A DNA stretch of 64,000 nt from Pseudovirgaria hyperparasitica (lineage: Eukaryota). Below are positions 1-15,065 of the stretch, in pieces. The translations under genes and the position numbers were made by a program. The notes below the pieces were generated by a model. It worked only from the letters and a program-made list of their open reading frames with translations, searched no databases and was not told the origin of the DNA. The stretch lies in NCBI GenBank assembly GCA_010093815.1, contig ML996576.1, one strand, 5' to 3'. Each line of letters starts with the position of its first letter. Within the stretch, counting starts at the first letter, position 1.

Positions 1-163
1 GGGCTAGAATGGCGTTTGTGAAGATGGTTCATGGATGGGCTTATGGTATTGGGCAAAAATGAAACAATCGTTGATGTGGAGAGGAGGAGGAGGGGCGGGT
101 ATGGTATGGTATGGTATTGTATTGTATGGTATCATTTGGCACGATACGATACGCCATCTCCCG

Positions 164-1124
<961 letters not shown>

Positions 1125-1914
1125 GGTGGGGGTTTTGGGACTGTTTTGTAATTCAGATGAGAGGGGCTTGTCACGGCAGCAAAGAAGAGTGGTGAATGAA
1201 CGTTCGGGAGAGCGCCACGTGGGAGACGATTCAGAAGACGGGTGAGGGCAACACTGTGTTGATATATACACAATAGTATCGTGAACGGAGCTCGCCGTGG
1301 TGGTGGAAGGTCTCTGTATGGAAGCTCGCACGCGACAGAGCGCTGTGCGGCGCAAGCATCCACAATGTGAGACCAATGAGAGTGGATGAATTGTGTGGAA
1401 GTCGGTACCTTATTTGGCAGGCGGTGAATGTCTCCAGATGAAGTTGAGCGGCAGAATCGATTAGACCAATAGGACACCGACGTCACTGCAGGGACCAGCA
1501 GACCCTTCTCCTGTCGTCACTAACTACCTCTATTATTGCCTGTGCCACAAACTCACAAGCCACACTTGCTCGGCTTGTTTTCAATATACTGATCCGTCCG
1601 TCATTGTCGCATTGACTTTCTTTAGCAACTCAAACTTCACTTCACTTCCTCTCTTCATATAACTACCCCGAATCCTGCACACTACTATCACCCGGACACA
1701 CTCTCTCCCACTTGACATATCTGCAAACAATTCTCACCCTCTCAACGCCCTTCCAGCATAATCTGCGCTTTCTCCACCCCCCCCGCCTCAGTCCGCACAC
1801 CGCATCCCGACGCGCCACGTCCACGTCCACAAACCGACTCAACAGCAGAAGAACAAATGTCGCCGACAGACAATCCCGGGACAATCACACTATAAAGAGT
1901 CTCCCTGAACTCAT

Positions 1915-4900
1915 ATGGCATATTCCGTCATGCCTACTACCGGGGGCTTGCCACAACCACGCCGAAAGGTCGTCACCTACGGCCGAGCGAAGCGCGCACC
2001 TTTCAACCCTCTCGGATTCGAGTCTCCGTCGCCTCAGAAGTTCAGACCACGGGGCTCGGCGACTGAGCGTGCTCGCTCGCCTTCTCCTGCTCGTTCGAGT
2101 CATGTTGGCCACAATGGGGCATCTACGCAGGCCGCACCCGAGGACGATGTCTTTGACGCACCACTCGCCGATGACGAGGGAGGACAACCGGCTTCAAAGG
2201 CTGTGCGCATGACGACGGTGACATCGCCGCGGCCACAGAAGAAGATTTCCCTGCCGGAACCTGCCGTCGTTGTTGTGTCGCGGCCAAAGCCTCAACAACA
2301 TGCCACCCAGCAAGCCCGCCCTCCTCCACCCGATGTTTTCGATGTCCCTGGCTCGGACGATGAAGAGCGTGGAGTCGTTCCCAGGTCAAAGGTAGCGAAG
2401 ATTGACAAGTCAAGAGACGAGGTGGTGTCGCGGCCCAAGATCGCGGCCTCCAAGCCCATTGCATCAGCCAAGGTATCAGGGGCAAATGGCAGAAAAGCAA
2501 ACGCGCCGATGGATTCGAGCGAAACACATACAAAGGAAGGAGGACATCAGACTGTACCGTCCAAGCCACGCTCTCAGCTCAACACAGCGGTCGTTGAGAT
2601 ACCCTCCAGGGTCACCGAGGGAGAGAGCAAGAAGCGGAATGTGGATGCGCTGTCTGTATCAGGGCCTGGCAGAGTCAAGCAAAACCCGGACGCGCAGAAG
2701 GCGGATGGTAGCGTGTATGCTCGTTCCATCTCAACCGTTCAACCAAAGTCATCACATGAGAAAGGGTCTACGATGGACCGGTCCTCCACGCGGATGCAGC
2801 AGGAATCTGCAACCACCAGTGAAAGCCGTGCGTTGTCAACGAAACTAGGTCGCGCAAACGCAAAGGAATCGACGGCGCACAAGCCATCACAAAAGACGAA
2901 GAGTCTTGCATCAACAATTTCAAAATCGACTTCGGCAGTCCCGGACGCATCGGTCTTTGATGTGCCAACGACAGATACGGAGGATGAGACGGCCAAGCAG
3001 GACTCGGATGCTAAATACACTACGACACCAAAGGTGAAGAAAACAATACCGAGGGCTCGTTCACAGCAACCGGAAAAAGGTGCCCAGGAGTCTCGCAACA
3101 AAAGGCGAAAACCATCTCCCAACGACGAACAGGAGACTTCAAGACGGCAACAAGTTCAGCAATCGCAATCAAACGGCGTTGTGGCAGAATCACACTCTCA
3201 GAAGAATTCGCGCATTGCACAGCATCCCCGTAGGGCTGGTTTGACTGGTGCTGCACGCAGGAAACCGCCTGTTAAGGCTTCATCATCACCAGCTAAACTT
3301 CAGATACCGGTTGCACCGAATCCGGGCTTGACCAACATGCACGAACCCGAGGCATCTGGGCCATACGATGTTGAATTCGAGACCGAAATCAATCCGTACG
3401 CGGCTGCATATCAGGACAGCGGGTCGCCTATGCATCTTGACGGCGCTGGATCAGCCACGCCAAAACAGAAAAGGTTGTGGAGTAACCTCCTCGGCGACAA
3501 CGTGGCGACACCCAGTCCAAGTCAGCTGAAGTTGCAAAAGCTTCAGCTAACCGAACGGCCCGAGAAGAGGAAATCGCCAGAAACCTTGAGTGGCGCGACC
3601 AATCTCGACACTCGGCAAGGTAAACGGCGGCTCATAGACCGCCTCATCCAGTCCGAAGAGGAAGCAAGCGAGGACTCCAGTAGCGGTGACGAAAGCTTTC
3701 ACTCCGTCCCAACAGAACCGATATCGTCTCAGTACGACTCGAGCCAAATCAGTGATCCGCCCGCTTTGATGCGACAAACGTCTTCCTTCAGAACAAAGCG
3801 CAGCGGGCCTACGGGAGCCAGGATAACGTACGCTAAACAGCGATCGCATCTGGAAGAGTCGATGGTCGAGGATGGCGACATATTAGGCGCCATCACTATG
3901 GGCAGTCCTACTGACATGAAGCCCTCCGCCAAATCTTGGTCTCAGCCTCTCATATCTCGCTCTGGAGACACCTCCCACTTCGACATGGATGACGACGACC
4001 TCAGCGATTCCGGGGCTGGGATGAAGAGTATCCATGAGCTTCGTATCGCGGGCGCCAACAGGCAGTTCAGCAACGAAGTCGACGCTCTATTCGAGGATCT
4101 AGACCAGCCAAAGAAAGCATCGCTATCGAGTCGTAGAAGTGCCCTCATCAATCTGGGAGCTAAGCTGACTGACAAGAGGTTTGTCTCGAAGCTGCTCGAC
4201 AAGGGCTTGAGCAGACGGATCTTCAATGCTCACGTGGCCGATTATAGCCAGGATCCAATCCTCGGATTCGCCTTTTCGGCCTGCGTGGCCTTTATCCTGA
4301 CTGCAGACAAATCCACCGCTGTCTTGGCGGATATTCGCGAGTCTGGCACACTCGAATGCCTCGCGAGCCTCCTTGATCGAACGGACGATATCGCTCACCT
4401 GGTAAAGGCCCGCCGCACGAACATGTCTCGCATCGCGCAGAAGGCTGTGATGGATCTCCACGAGATTGTCAGATCCTCCACACACTTATGGGCCGTGGCG
4501 TCATCCACGTCGATTTCTCCCCGACTCCTGGCTCTGCGCGGGCTGGAGCTTTCCACGCGGTCACTACGCAAAGCCGGCGACCGCGACGAGCTATTAACAC
4601 AAGACCACCTAGCAAAGGTACTAGCCATCGCCGAGACATCCTCATCCGGCTCAGCAACAGGCTCAGTATCCCCCCTCGACCAACGCTGCGTATACTACTC
4701 CCTCTCAGTCGCCCTCGACACCACCCTCGGCGACACCGCCTCCGAAGTCTGGAGCACGGCAAACCAGCACCGCTTCCGCGACATCGCCGCCTCCTTCCTC
4801 GACACCCCACCCCGCTTCGGCCCCAAAGTCGAGCAACTCGCCACAAAGCTCTGCCTCAACCTCACAAACAACAACGCCCACACCTCCGCCCTCTTCGCCT

Positions 4901-5432
4901 CCCCCGTCATCATCCAATCCTTCCTCTGCTCCATCGACTCCCGCTTCAACCTCCTCTCCAGCCCGCTCTCCCCCGCCGACCGCTCCATCGCAATCGACCA
5001 CCTCGTCCTCGGCCTCGGCGCCATGATCAACCTCGCCGAATTCAGCGACGCCGCTCGCCTCGCTGTCCTCGCCCCCGGCGACGTCCTGCTCAACGCCCTG
5101 CTCCGCATTCATCTCGAGGGCGCCGAAAAGGTTGCCGAGGCAGACTCGCTCGAGGAATCGAATGCGAATGTCGCGTTTGGGTATTTGTCTGTCTTGCTGG
5201 CGAATCTGTGCTTGAATGAGACGGTGCGGGGGAAGGTGAGGGGGAAGATGCCGCAGGGTGGGTTGGAGGGGTTGGTGGGTGCGTTGGCGCAGTTTGTGGG
5301 GTTGCAGGTTATGGCTTGTCGGTTGGAGGGTGGGGGTGCTGGTGCGGGTGGTGGTGAGGACGAGGGGAGGGAGGTGTGGGCGAGGTATACGGATCGGTTG
5401 GTGGGGGTTTTTGAGAGGTTGAAGGCGTTTGA
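1915..5432 (+). CDS. wpl1: Wings apart-like (WAPL/Wpl1/Rad61) cohesin release factor; 3' end lost in the assembly gap
   Basis: Single ORF of more than 1170 aa. It has a long disordered N-terminus (VVTYGR, ITYAKQRS) and a helical C-terminal domain starting KSIHELRIAGANRQF, with LCLNLTNNN and LGLGAMINLAE, typical of fungal WAPL proteins. Confidence 0.8.
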
Positions 5433-5517
5433 NNNNNNNNNNNNNNNNNNNNNNNNNNNNNNNNNNNNNNNNNNNNNNNNNNNNNNNNNNNNNNNNNNNN
5501 NNNNNNNNNNNNNNNNN
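5433..5517. other. Assembly gap (85 N)
   Basis: Run of N characters. Confidence 1.
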
Positions 5518-5760
5518 TGGTGTGTATAGCAGGGAGTAGGTAGTAGGTTGTAGGGAGTAGGTAGTACACAGCAGGTAGCAGTCAGCACGCAGCAGTCAGC
5601 AGTCAACAAGCAAGCAAGAAGGAAAGCCATTTGTCAAACGAGAAACTTTCGTCCTGGTGCTCGGGTCTTTTTGTATATCTCGCGAGTCTTGTCTCTTTGC
5701 GGTGAATTGCGGCACTAAGAAACACCGTGGGCGGAGGAGGGTTGGTTTACTGCGTGCGTA

Positions 5761-5808
5761 TATGCATGTATGTATACATGTATGTATGTATGTATGTACG
5801 TATGTATG
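5761..5808. repeat. (TATG)n microsatellite
   Basis: Directly visible imperfect tandem TATG. Confidence 0.9.
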
Positions 5809-5837
5809 TTTTGTATATTTTGTATGTCTTGGAGAAT

Positions 5838-6022
5838 GGGCACTGGGTAGGGACGCTGGATATGGGAGACTGGAGACTGGATAGTGGAGACTGGAGACTG
5901 GATAGGGACGCTGGATATGGGACACTGGATAGTGGGCACTGGATAGTGGGCACTGGATAGTGGGCACTGGATAGGGGACACTAGAGACTGGACAGTGGAT
6001 ATGGGACGCTGGACACTAGAGA
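5838..6022. repeat. Degenerate 7/14-bp minisatellite (GGGCACTGGATAGT and GGAGACT variants)
   Basis: About three near-perfect 14-mer copies near 5933-5974, flanked by diverged copies. Confidence 0.85.
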
Positions 6023-6244
6023 CAGGAAATAGGATACATACCACACGAAACGAGACGAGACGGGACTGGCCTGGCATAGGCATGGGCATAGGCATGAGCA
6101 TGAGCACTGGCATAGCCTGGCATCCGTATCAAACACAAAACACAAACATCCACCCAATTCACCGACCAGGAGTTTCGGACTGGATTCAAGGACAGGCAGA
6201 CAGGCAGGCAGGCAGGTAGGCAGGTAGTTTCGATACCCCTAATC

Positions 6245-6730
6245 TGCACATATACATTCACAGACATACTCATACTATACTCATACACATACTCGCATAC
6301 TCATACTCATACTCATACTCGCATACACATACTCGCATACACATACTCGCATACACATACTCGCATACACATACTCGCATACACTTACATACTCACATAC
6401 ACGTACTCGCATACTCATACTCATACATACTCGCATACATACTCGCCTACCATACTCATGCTCGCCTACTCATGCACACATACTCATACTCATACTCACA
6501 TACTCATGCTCGCCTACACATACACATACACACTTACATACTTGCCTACCATACTCACATACTCATGCTCGCCTACACATACACATACACACTTACATAC
6601 TTGCCTACCATACTCACCTACTCATGCTCGCATACTCATACTCACATACTCACATACACATACTCATACTCATACTCACATACTCATACTCATACTCATA
6701 CATACCCGCCTACACATACTCGCCTACACC
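6245..6730. repeat. (CATACT)n-derived satellite with higher-order 14-bp (ACTCGCATACACAT) and about 58-bp duplications
   Basis: Visible tandem structure. It produces spurious THTH/YSYS ORFs. Confidence 0.9.
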
Positions 6731-6767
6731 CTCTCAAACTGTATCGAAAACTCTCATGCTACCATTC

Positions 6768-6808
6768 TATCCTACCCCATCCTACCCCATCCTACCCCAT
6801 CCTACCCT
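6768..6808. repeat. (CCTACCCCAT)n tandem repeat
   Basis: Three to four tandem copies. Confidence 0.9.
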
Positions 6809-7126
6809 ACTGCTTGCTATTCCAAGCCCAACCCGGAAGCTAAACACCAACTACCAACTATTCACCCATTCTATCCAGCATCTTATCGTTCTCGTTGATA
6901 CGTGTATTTAAAGAGAAGGTTAGGGGTAGGGGGGGGGTTTAGGTGTAGTATGTTCACATGTATGTATATTCCTCGCACTGTCATCATATAGGATGTGTGG
7001 ATGTGTGGATGTGTGGATGGATGGATGGACATACCACATGAACAGATCACACCGGTAGATTATAGAATGTAGAGATAGAATAATTACACATCATCGTCAG
7101 GTCAGTATTGCCCATCATGCATGCAC

Positions 7127-7133
7127 GAGAGAG

Positions 7134-7172
<39 letters not shown>
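7127..7172. repeat. (GA)n microsatellite
   Basis: About 20 GA units with one interruption. Confidence 0.95.
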
Positions 7173-7180
<8 letters not shown>

Positions 7181-7686
7181 GTTGACCATCATCAATCACT
7201 ACAACACATGTACACTACACTATATACTCTCAACAATCTACTGCTGCTGGTGCTACGTGCGCCCTCATCTAAGCAGGAGCCGCTCTTTAAAAAGTGAGAA
7301 GGACATGACTCCCTGTCCGCCTAGGTGCCTGAAAGCTCGTGGAAGAAAGATCAAAGAGAATAAAAGGTCGAGCCGAAGAAAATCTAACTGCAGTTCCTGC
7401 TTTGGAAGTTTGCAAGATGTATGTGTGAAAAGGTCGTTTGATTGACATTCAGGGAACAAAAACTCCCGTCAACAGTAAAGTGTATCGTAAGTATCGCAAG
7501 CCATAGAACGGTATGGGGCGCCACTGAATGAGTTCCTTCCTATACACACACACAGTGTGGTCGACGACCAAGCTAATAATGTTACTACCCAAACCCCCTC
7601 CCTCCTTTCCCCCGAGATTTCTTTGCTATTACAGTAGAATGGAAGTCACAAAAGCGTGTTTTCTTTTTTAAATATATTGCCTTTGC

Positions 7687-10600
7687 TTACACACTAACGC
7701 GGTCCACTTCGATCTCAGGTCCCTCTTCGTCAATCATTTCGTGAACATCATGACCATTGACATTGTTCTGCTCGAACTCGAGTCGTTCTTGTTGAGCGAT
7801 GGCTTGGGTAGAGACAATCTCTGCCAGTCGCTTTAAGCGTGGAGTTTGAAGCCCTGTTAAGACGTTAGCGTACAGCTGGAACAATTGAAGCAATAGACTT
7901 ACACGACGGCGTATAAGTCTCGAGTGCAGATATCACTCGAGGCTCGGCAATCTCATAAGGACCGCTGTCATCCATGTCAACGGCAGTGAGTAGTAAGACA
8001 TCGCTCTTTTCTGTGACGCGTGACGCGACTGCCTTCATGATTTCGCCATTGATTGGCTGCTCGTAATCGGCAACGAGGTATTGATTGAGAAGTTTTTGTA
8101 TCTGGTTAGGCGACAACATCCAGCAGATGTCCTGAATGATCTCAATGTCATTGAGGGTCGCCTTCTTCAACTGCAGAAGCTTCGTCGCCTGCATCAAATG
8201 CTCTAATTGGAGTGTGCCTTCAGGCATGTCGTGACTCTTGCACCACTCTTCTATCCTGGTGATATTATAATTAATCTGTAGACCTCGTTTCCACGACAGG
8301 AAATTTCGGCGCATGAGGAGGTCATTGAATGCTGTTACTCCTACCAATCGCAGAAGCTCCGTCACCGCCTGGACGATGATTGTGTTTTCGAGGTAGTAGG
8401 CCTTCATAGCCTTGTAGACGCCATTCAGCAGACTCAGAAGGTTGTCCATACTGTACGCTGGAGCATTATTGGACTGCAAAAGCTTTCCAAGGAACCTGTT
8501 GCCCTCATTCGTGACGAATCCGGGTAATGACTGAGATTCAATGATGGCAGGTACGATCATCTTCTGCAATTTCTTCTTCAGGACCTTCATCCAAGTATGG
8601 TAGATGTTGAATTCAAGACTCTCAAGATCATGCTTGACAATCTCCAAAAGGCGATCGTATTCGTAATTGTCAGTCTTCTGCTGCTCATACCAATCCTCTG
8701 CAAGGAAAACAAAAGACAGCATCTCATGGACGTTTGACAGCCAGAAAGCTCCGGGGTTGACGGCTTCCTCGCCATCATGCTGCATTACTTCTTGCTGCAC
8801 AGATTGCATGACGTTGGCCAAGAATCTTTCAGACTCCTTGACAAAACCATTGTTCCACATCTCGGATGTGACGAGGTTGATGAGGTAGGCAGGGAACAGA
8901 ACTTCTTTGTCTGTAGGAGCCGGAGTTGTGGTAGGAGCGGGGATCTTCAGGTTCCTGATCAAGCCGAGAGTAACTTCGTCGTTGAGCCCATCTTCATCCG
9001 ACAGCAAATTCTCAAGCTCAAGCTCGACATTGTCAAACTGGTTGAACGTCGAGCCAGACAGTTGCTGGCGATGAACAGTAGCACCCACGGCCATAGATAC
9101 TGGCCTTGGATTGAACGCAGCACTGAAGCGGTCTATCTCTAGACGCTCCGCACCTGCGCTTCTCCGCTTTGGCTTTTTGGATGAAACCAGATTGATCAGG
9201 CCTGAGGCAGGAGTATGGCTGACGCCATTGGTGATCTCGCCGTTGAGAGGCACTGAGCGCTTCGCAATCTCTAGTTGATCTTGTAGTTCTGCCAACTGTT
9301 GCCTCAGCGAAGACTTCTCCCCTTCAACATGACTACCACGGCGTTTCGCTTGGTCGAGCTCACTCGTGGTGGCCTCGAGAGACGATCGGAGTTGCTTCTC
9401 TTCTTCCTGGAGTCGTCGAAGGTTCGCTGTGCTTTCGTTATAATCTTGCTTGAGTTTGGCAAAGTCCGCCTCCAAGGCACTCAAGCGGGCCGTAACAATG
9501 CCAGCCTGATTGGCCTCGGCCTGAAGCTCTTTCGCTCGCGCCTCCAGGGTATTCCCACGCGTTTTCCATGAAGTAAGCTGTCCTTCGTAGTTGCGAATCT
9601 GGCTTTGCAGGTCCTTGTTCTCACGCTTCATAGTGCCCAGGGACTGCGTAAGCTCTACAACCTTGTTCTCCAGCTTGTAGGATATCTGCTTGAGATCTCG
9701 TGCCTCCTCGCGCAGGCCCTTGTAGGCCTTGCGGGCTTCCCGTCCTCTCCATAAACTTTGAATAAACACAATCTTTTTCCTGTATTGTCTCCAAGCTCTG
9801 AGCTGTGATGCCGAGCGCCAGTTGCGCTGAATCACACGAGCAGCATCGCCCAGCCTCTTGTCAAGAAGGTGTTTTCTGCATAAGAAGCCTTTGGCGATCG
9901 ACTCGAACATAATAATCTGATTGCGTACACGGTGAAATTCCTCGCGGGCATTGGAACCTTTCCAGACCCTTTGAATGGTCGTGGCGGCCTTGGTGCGTCG
10001 TTCCTCCTCAGTTCGCTCCCTCGCCAAAAAGCCGCGAGTGAAAGCTTGAAAGGCAACGATGGCCTCCCGAGCCTCCAGATACCGGCGTCGGTAATATTTG
10101 GCTCTGAGGTTCTTCTGGATCATAATTGCCGCTTCGTTCAGCCTGGCGGTGCGCAAACCCTCCAGGAAGGCCAGCATACCGGCACGGAAAAAGATCTTGG
10201 TGTTTCCCATCTGATACTTGTCGCGACCGTCGTTTTTTCCTGCTCCAAGAGCTTTCCGGAGGATGTTGTTTCCCATTTCTCGTATATCGTTGGTCCACGA
10301 AATCGATGGTACGAGCATGTAGTACCGGTAGGCAAACTCTTCATACGTCCATCTGGTCGGATATCCAGCACAGCTTATTCTGACGGTTTCCAGGACACCA
10401 CAGGCACGCAACTGGCTCAAGACCATCGGACCCTCAAACTTCCACGCCTCTTTCGATTCGTTGGGCTTGATACAACGAATATAGTGCACATCTGTTCCGT
10501 TGATTGTTTGCATCAGCTCAATCAGCGAAGATTTGAAGATGCCTCCTAGAGTCGGCTTCCTGTTAACAGCGATCCTCCTACCAGCTGAGACAGCTGCACC

Positions 10601-12659
10601 CGGTTTCGTGGTGGTCGAAGCGGATTCCCGATCGCGAATGGTCGCGGCTACATCGAGAACATTGCCTAAGAATTCGTTCGAAGAGCTCTTCAGTACTTCC
10701 ATCTGCTCATCAGGAACTGTGTCCCTATTCTTTTCGATGAATCCATCTGATTCATAGGTAACATCGATGGCATAATGGCAGACTGTAAAGGCGGATTTGC
10801 CGAACCTGGGTTTCTTGTAGAAATTGTGCTTGTCTCCAGAGAAATTGTGATGTAGTTTCGTGACAAATTGCTCGTCTGAGCCCATCGGAAGTCTCGATTC
10901 TTCATCGAGCAGGGACAAGACTCCAAGCTTTCCTTCGATCAAGTCGATACATGGCTGATTATCTGAGAAGTCGATAAATTTCCAGTCGATCTGTTCACGG
11001 ACGTATTCCTCCTGCTCAAGTTTGAATACATGCTGGTTAAATTCTTGTTGCAGTTTCTCGTTCGCGTAGTTGATGCAGAATTGCTCGAAGGAATTCTTTG
11101 CGAAATGCTCAAACCCGTATATATCAAGAACCCCGATAAATGTCTTCGCCCGGGCTAATACCTCTTCCGTAGCCAGGCTAGCGTTTATAGTCTCTACAAG
11201 CCAATCGAATAGACTGGAGTAGATGAACTTTGCCACGGAGTCTCGAACGACCACAGCTTGCTGCTGGGTCAAGTTCGACATAATCTTCTCTCCACGGGTA
11301 ATCAACTGTTTCTTGACCGTCCATTTCGCGAAATTGGCCGGGTCTATCCCAAGTAGAGCGCAGGCTTTGATCAGAGACGGCTCATCTGCAGCCAGAGAAG
11401 AGTCTGTACGTGTAGCCTTGATCTGAACGTTTCCGATATGTAACAGGGCAGCCAGCAACCGGAATATCTGGGCTTGTTGGTCTTCGGGAACTCCAATGGT
11501 GGCCAGCGACTTTCTCGTGGCGTCGAATTCGGCCTTGTCATCCACACCGTCAATGACCGGTGCGCTGCCTTGATTCATGTACTCGAACTGCTCCACAGGC
11601 AGCAGTCCGAATTGTTCACGCTCCGCATCAGTCGCACCAGCAATCAACTGGTAGAAGATGTGGTAATTGCGCTCTTTCAGTGGCTGAAATACCAACCTCG
11701 AACGTTCAAGAAGGTATACCCGAATCTTTGCGCCTATGATATCTGTCTTTTTGTCGAACAGAATCTCGATATATTTGCCGAAACGAGAAGAGTTGTCATT
11801 TCTGGTGGTCTTGGCGTTTCCGAAAGCTTCCATGATAGGATTCGTTGCAAGGATAGCCTCTTCTGTCTCACTCATTGTGTCCATCCGTCCCTTGGACCTC
11901 GAACCGGGCTGGTCTGGTGATTCACGGGTTGCGAAATATCTCATGATGTACTTGGCGCTGACCGTTTTACCTGCTCCAGACTCACCCGATACCACAATCG
12001 TTTGATTCTTGTTGTCCCGAAGCATGTCGCTTTAGCTTTTTGTTAGCCACTACAATACGTTTGCCAACTGTGCAACGACTCACGCGAAAGCTTCTTCCGC
12101 GATGGCGAATAAGTGCGGTGCTTGTGATGATCTATTCTTTCCTGCATAGACTTGCACCATGCCAGGCACGTATAACGAGTCGACTCTTGCGAACGGATTC
12201 GTTGCAATAAGGACAATACCAGAGTATGTGTAGATCTCTTTTTGTGCATAGCGAAGCTTGATGGCCTGTAATACTGCATCGACGTCAGCAAGCCAATGTT
12301 AAGATTCGACGGGAAGCATACCAGCTGGCTCGTTAAGATGTGACAGGTTCGTGAGGTCGTCGCTGGCCTCCAACATAGATGGATTCATGAGGGGAGGTAG
12401 CGTGGAGTTGTTGCCATCCTGAAGAGCCTCCAGGGTAGTCTCGACTGACTTTGTCTGCAAGCAAAGTATCATCAGCTACTGCAAGCCGGATTTTTCTTGA
12501 TAGTATTCGTAGAGTGTAGCTCACCTCCCCGTTCTCTAACTTGAAGACAAGCTTCACTTTATCACCGTCCACTTGTCTCGATTCCACTTCGGATGCCACC
12601 CATCCTTCCGTAGCATCTGGCTGCCATGCCTTCGTCCCCACATCGTACAGCGTCGTCAT
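7687..12659 (-). CDS. MYO2: Class V myosin (5 exons)
   Basis: P-loop GESGAGKT, switch motifs NDNSSRFGK and LDIYGFE, IQ repeats, coiled coil and a DIL cargo-binding tail ending ...WLQTPRLKRLAEIV...VSV*. Introns near 12.5 kb, 12.3 kb, 12.05 kb and 7.88 kb keep frame. Confidence 0.97.
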
Positions 12660-13369
12660 GTTCTCAACTGTGTCGTAGTTGGATGGTTGTTGGGGGACCG
12701 CCTGGAGTCTGAAGGAAACGCCGCGAAGGATACGGGACTAAGACCGAGAAACCGTGGCGCCCACGCTACAAGAAGCGGAGATTAAAGAACGACGAAGGAG
12801 ACATGCGCAAAGATGAGGATAATTAGAGCTTGTGAATATAGGTCGTAGATGTCCTAGGAGAGCGGTGAAGGGGAGGTTGGTCTTAGGGATTAAAGAAAGG
12901 GCTCTGAGAATTGATCGCTAGGTGGAACGAACGCGCTTACAGGGATGAGTGCGGTTGGTCGGTGCTCAAAGCCCCTGAACCTGCGACTCTCTAAAAATGC
13001 AGCACCAACCAGTAGTAACAGCTCTCTCTGTCTCTTCTCGCGTTTCACGATAAATGCCATTAAAAACACCTCGAGCCGTTGACAGGCGGGCCGATCTCTG
13101 ATGCATGTGGTCTCAACATCCTCGGACGTTAACTGATTCTTTTTATTTGGCCGGATACGTCTAGCCTATTCCTGCCTACAGGTATTGTTTCTTGAAAAGA
13201 TATATGCAACTACTATATGCTGGCTGAACTCTACTTTGCGCCCATGAACGCCATCAGATCCAACGCCATGTTGAAGACTATTCGGGGCTGCTGTGCTTTA
13301 CAAAATACTTTTTTCAATCCCAGAGTTGAACTTTTATAACATCCTCTTCTCCAAGCATATATGGCTATC

Positions 13370-14905
13370 TCAATAGAGCACCCGAGTGCGAATACACGCT
13401 GATTTATACATTAGCATTAGGCACAAGCTGAACAGAACTTCGAAAGTACTCACAAGAAAGACCTTCTAGTTCCGCCCATAGATCTCTAATCTGATCCTCC
13501 TTCACGTCTCGGATATCTGCCATGAGATACGCGACTTCTCCTCTGCTGTCGGTCATTTGCTTGTCGACGTTATGGTCTCCAAGAATGGCATTGACTTTCC
13601 GCAGCACACCGGGAACATTATGATGGATGTAGATCACGCGCACGTGGTTCGGCTCATCCAAGGTCAAAGACCGCAAGTTTACCTCCGGCATGTTGACAGC
13701 GCCCAGCGTTGTGCCTTGGTTGATAAAGTGAGTCAGAGCGCTGCTGACTTCGATACCGATCGCGCTTTGCGCCTCCTCTGTGCTACCACCGATATGCGGT
13801 GTTAGTATAATGTTTTTCAAACTCCGAAGGTCCTCCGCCCACGCATTGAGCTCGTTGTTGAAATAGTCGCCATTGCCACCGGGCTCATTCGGGAATACAT
13901 CAAGCGCTGCTCCAGCAATCTTGTTGCTCCGCATAGCTTCAATGAGAGCGGGGATATCAACAACACTGCCACGCGCATTGTTGATGAGATAGCTCCCTGT
14001 CTTCATCTGCGCCAGCTGCTCGGCACCGATCAAATTCTTGGTTTCTGGGAGCTCCGGGACATGGAGCGTGACGAAGTCGGCTTGTCTTAGAAGCTCCTCC
14101 AGACTGCCAACTTGACGAGCCGTTCCCAAGGCCATTAGATTCTGCACATCGTAGTAGATTACGGACATGCCAAATGCTTCCGACAGCACTGAGAGCTGGC
14201 TACCAATATGCCCGTATCCGACTATTCCCAGGGTTTTGCCTCTTATTTCCCAGCAACCAGCACTGACTTTGTTCCATGTGCCCTGGTGAAGCTCGTTAGA
14301 GCGATCACCAAGCTGTCGAGCAAGAGCGATAATCTCCGCAATGACAAGCTCTGCGACACTGCGTGAGTTGCTGAAGGGAGAGTTGAAGACGGCGATTCCT
14401 GCTTGGGCAGCAAACTTCAAGTCGACTTGGTTGGTGCCGATACAGAAGCAACCAATGACGTATAGATTCTTTGCTTCTCTGAGGACGCGTTCGGTGAGTT
14501 TTGTCTTGGAGCGGATACCAATGACATGAACGTCACTAGAGATAGCTATGTCAGCAACTTATCAGACCTTCAACCTGATGGACGCAGTATATACCGAATC
14601 TTCTCGATCAATTGGTCCTCCGGTAGCGAGCTTTTCAATGCTTCAACCTGGTAACCCTCCTTCTCCAGGATCTCCCGTCCAGAAACGTTCACATTTTCGA
14701 GCAACAGAATCTTAATCTCCTTTGAGTTGAACGGCTTGAGCTGTTTCAACGCGGTCGACATCCTCCTAAGCTGAGAAAAGGTGGCAGCAGGAGAGTGCAT
14801 AGACAGGGAGGGCGACGTCGACAGTCCGCCCCTGTTGCTCGACATGCTCCGTGATACGCGGTCTCGGCCATTTGGCGGGACGATATCCCTTGCTTGTGAT
14901 CTCAT
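13370..14905 (-). CDS. SER3: D-3-phosphoglycerate dehydrogenase (3 exons)
   Basis: KILLLENVN, GIRSKT, FCIGTNQVDL, Rossmann GIVGYGHIG, TPHIGGSTEEAQ and a C-terminal ACT domain ending CIRTRVLY*. Confidence 0.96.
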
Positions 14906-15065
14906 AGTTTCGGAGGTGGATGCAGGGACCGTAACACGAGTTGGTCAAGGTGTACTGTGTGCGGCAAGGCAAGATTGGAGGGTACTGTGAAGACTGTCTG
15001 GAGGAGGCGTTCTTAAAGATGCAGGAAATCATGCATATAATAACAAGCCTCCACTACGGTCGGTC

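Noticed and set aside
5838..6022. Regularly spaced repeats superficially like a CRISPR array
   Set aside because: Eukaryotic context, tandem 7/14-mers without unique spacers, and no cas genes.
5596..6911. Several 70-150 aa ORFs with THTH/YSYS/PVSS repeats
   Set aside because: They are translations of the microsatellite and minisatellite field, with no coding signature.
6919..6943. TTAGGG-containing G-rich tract as telomeric repeat
   Set aside because: Only one exact unit; it is part of the G-rich skew block.
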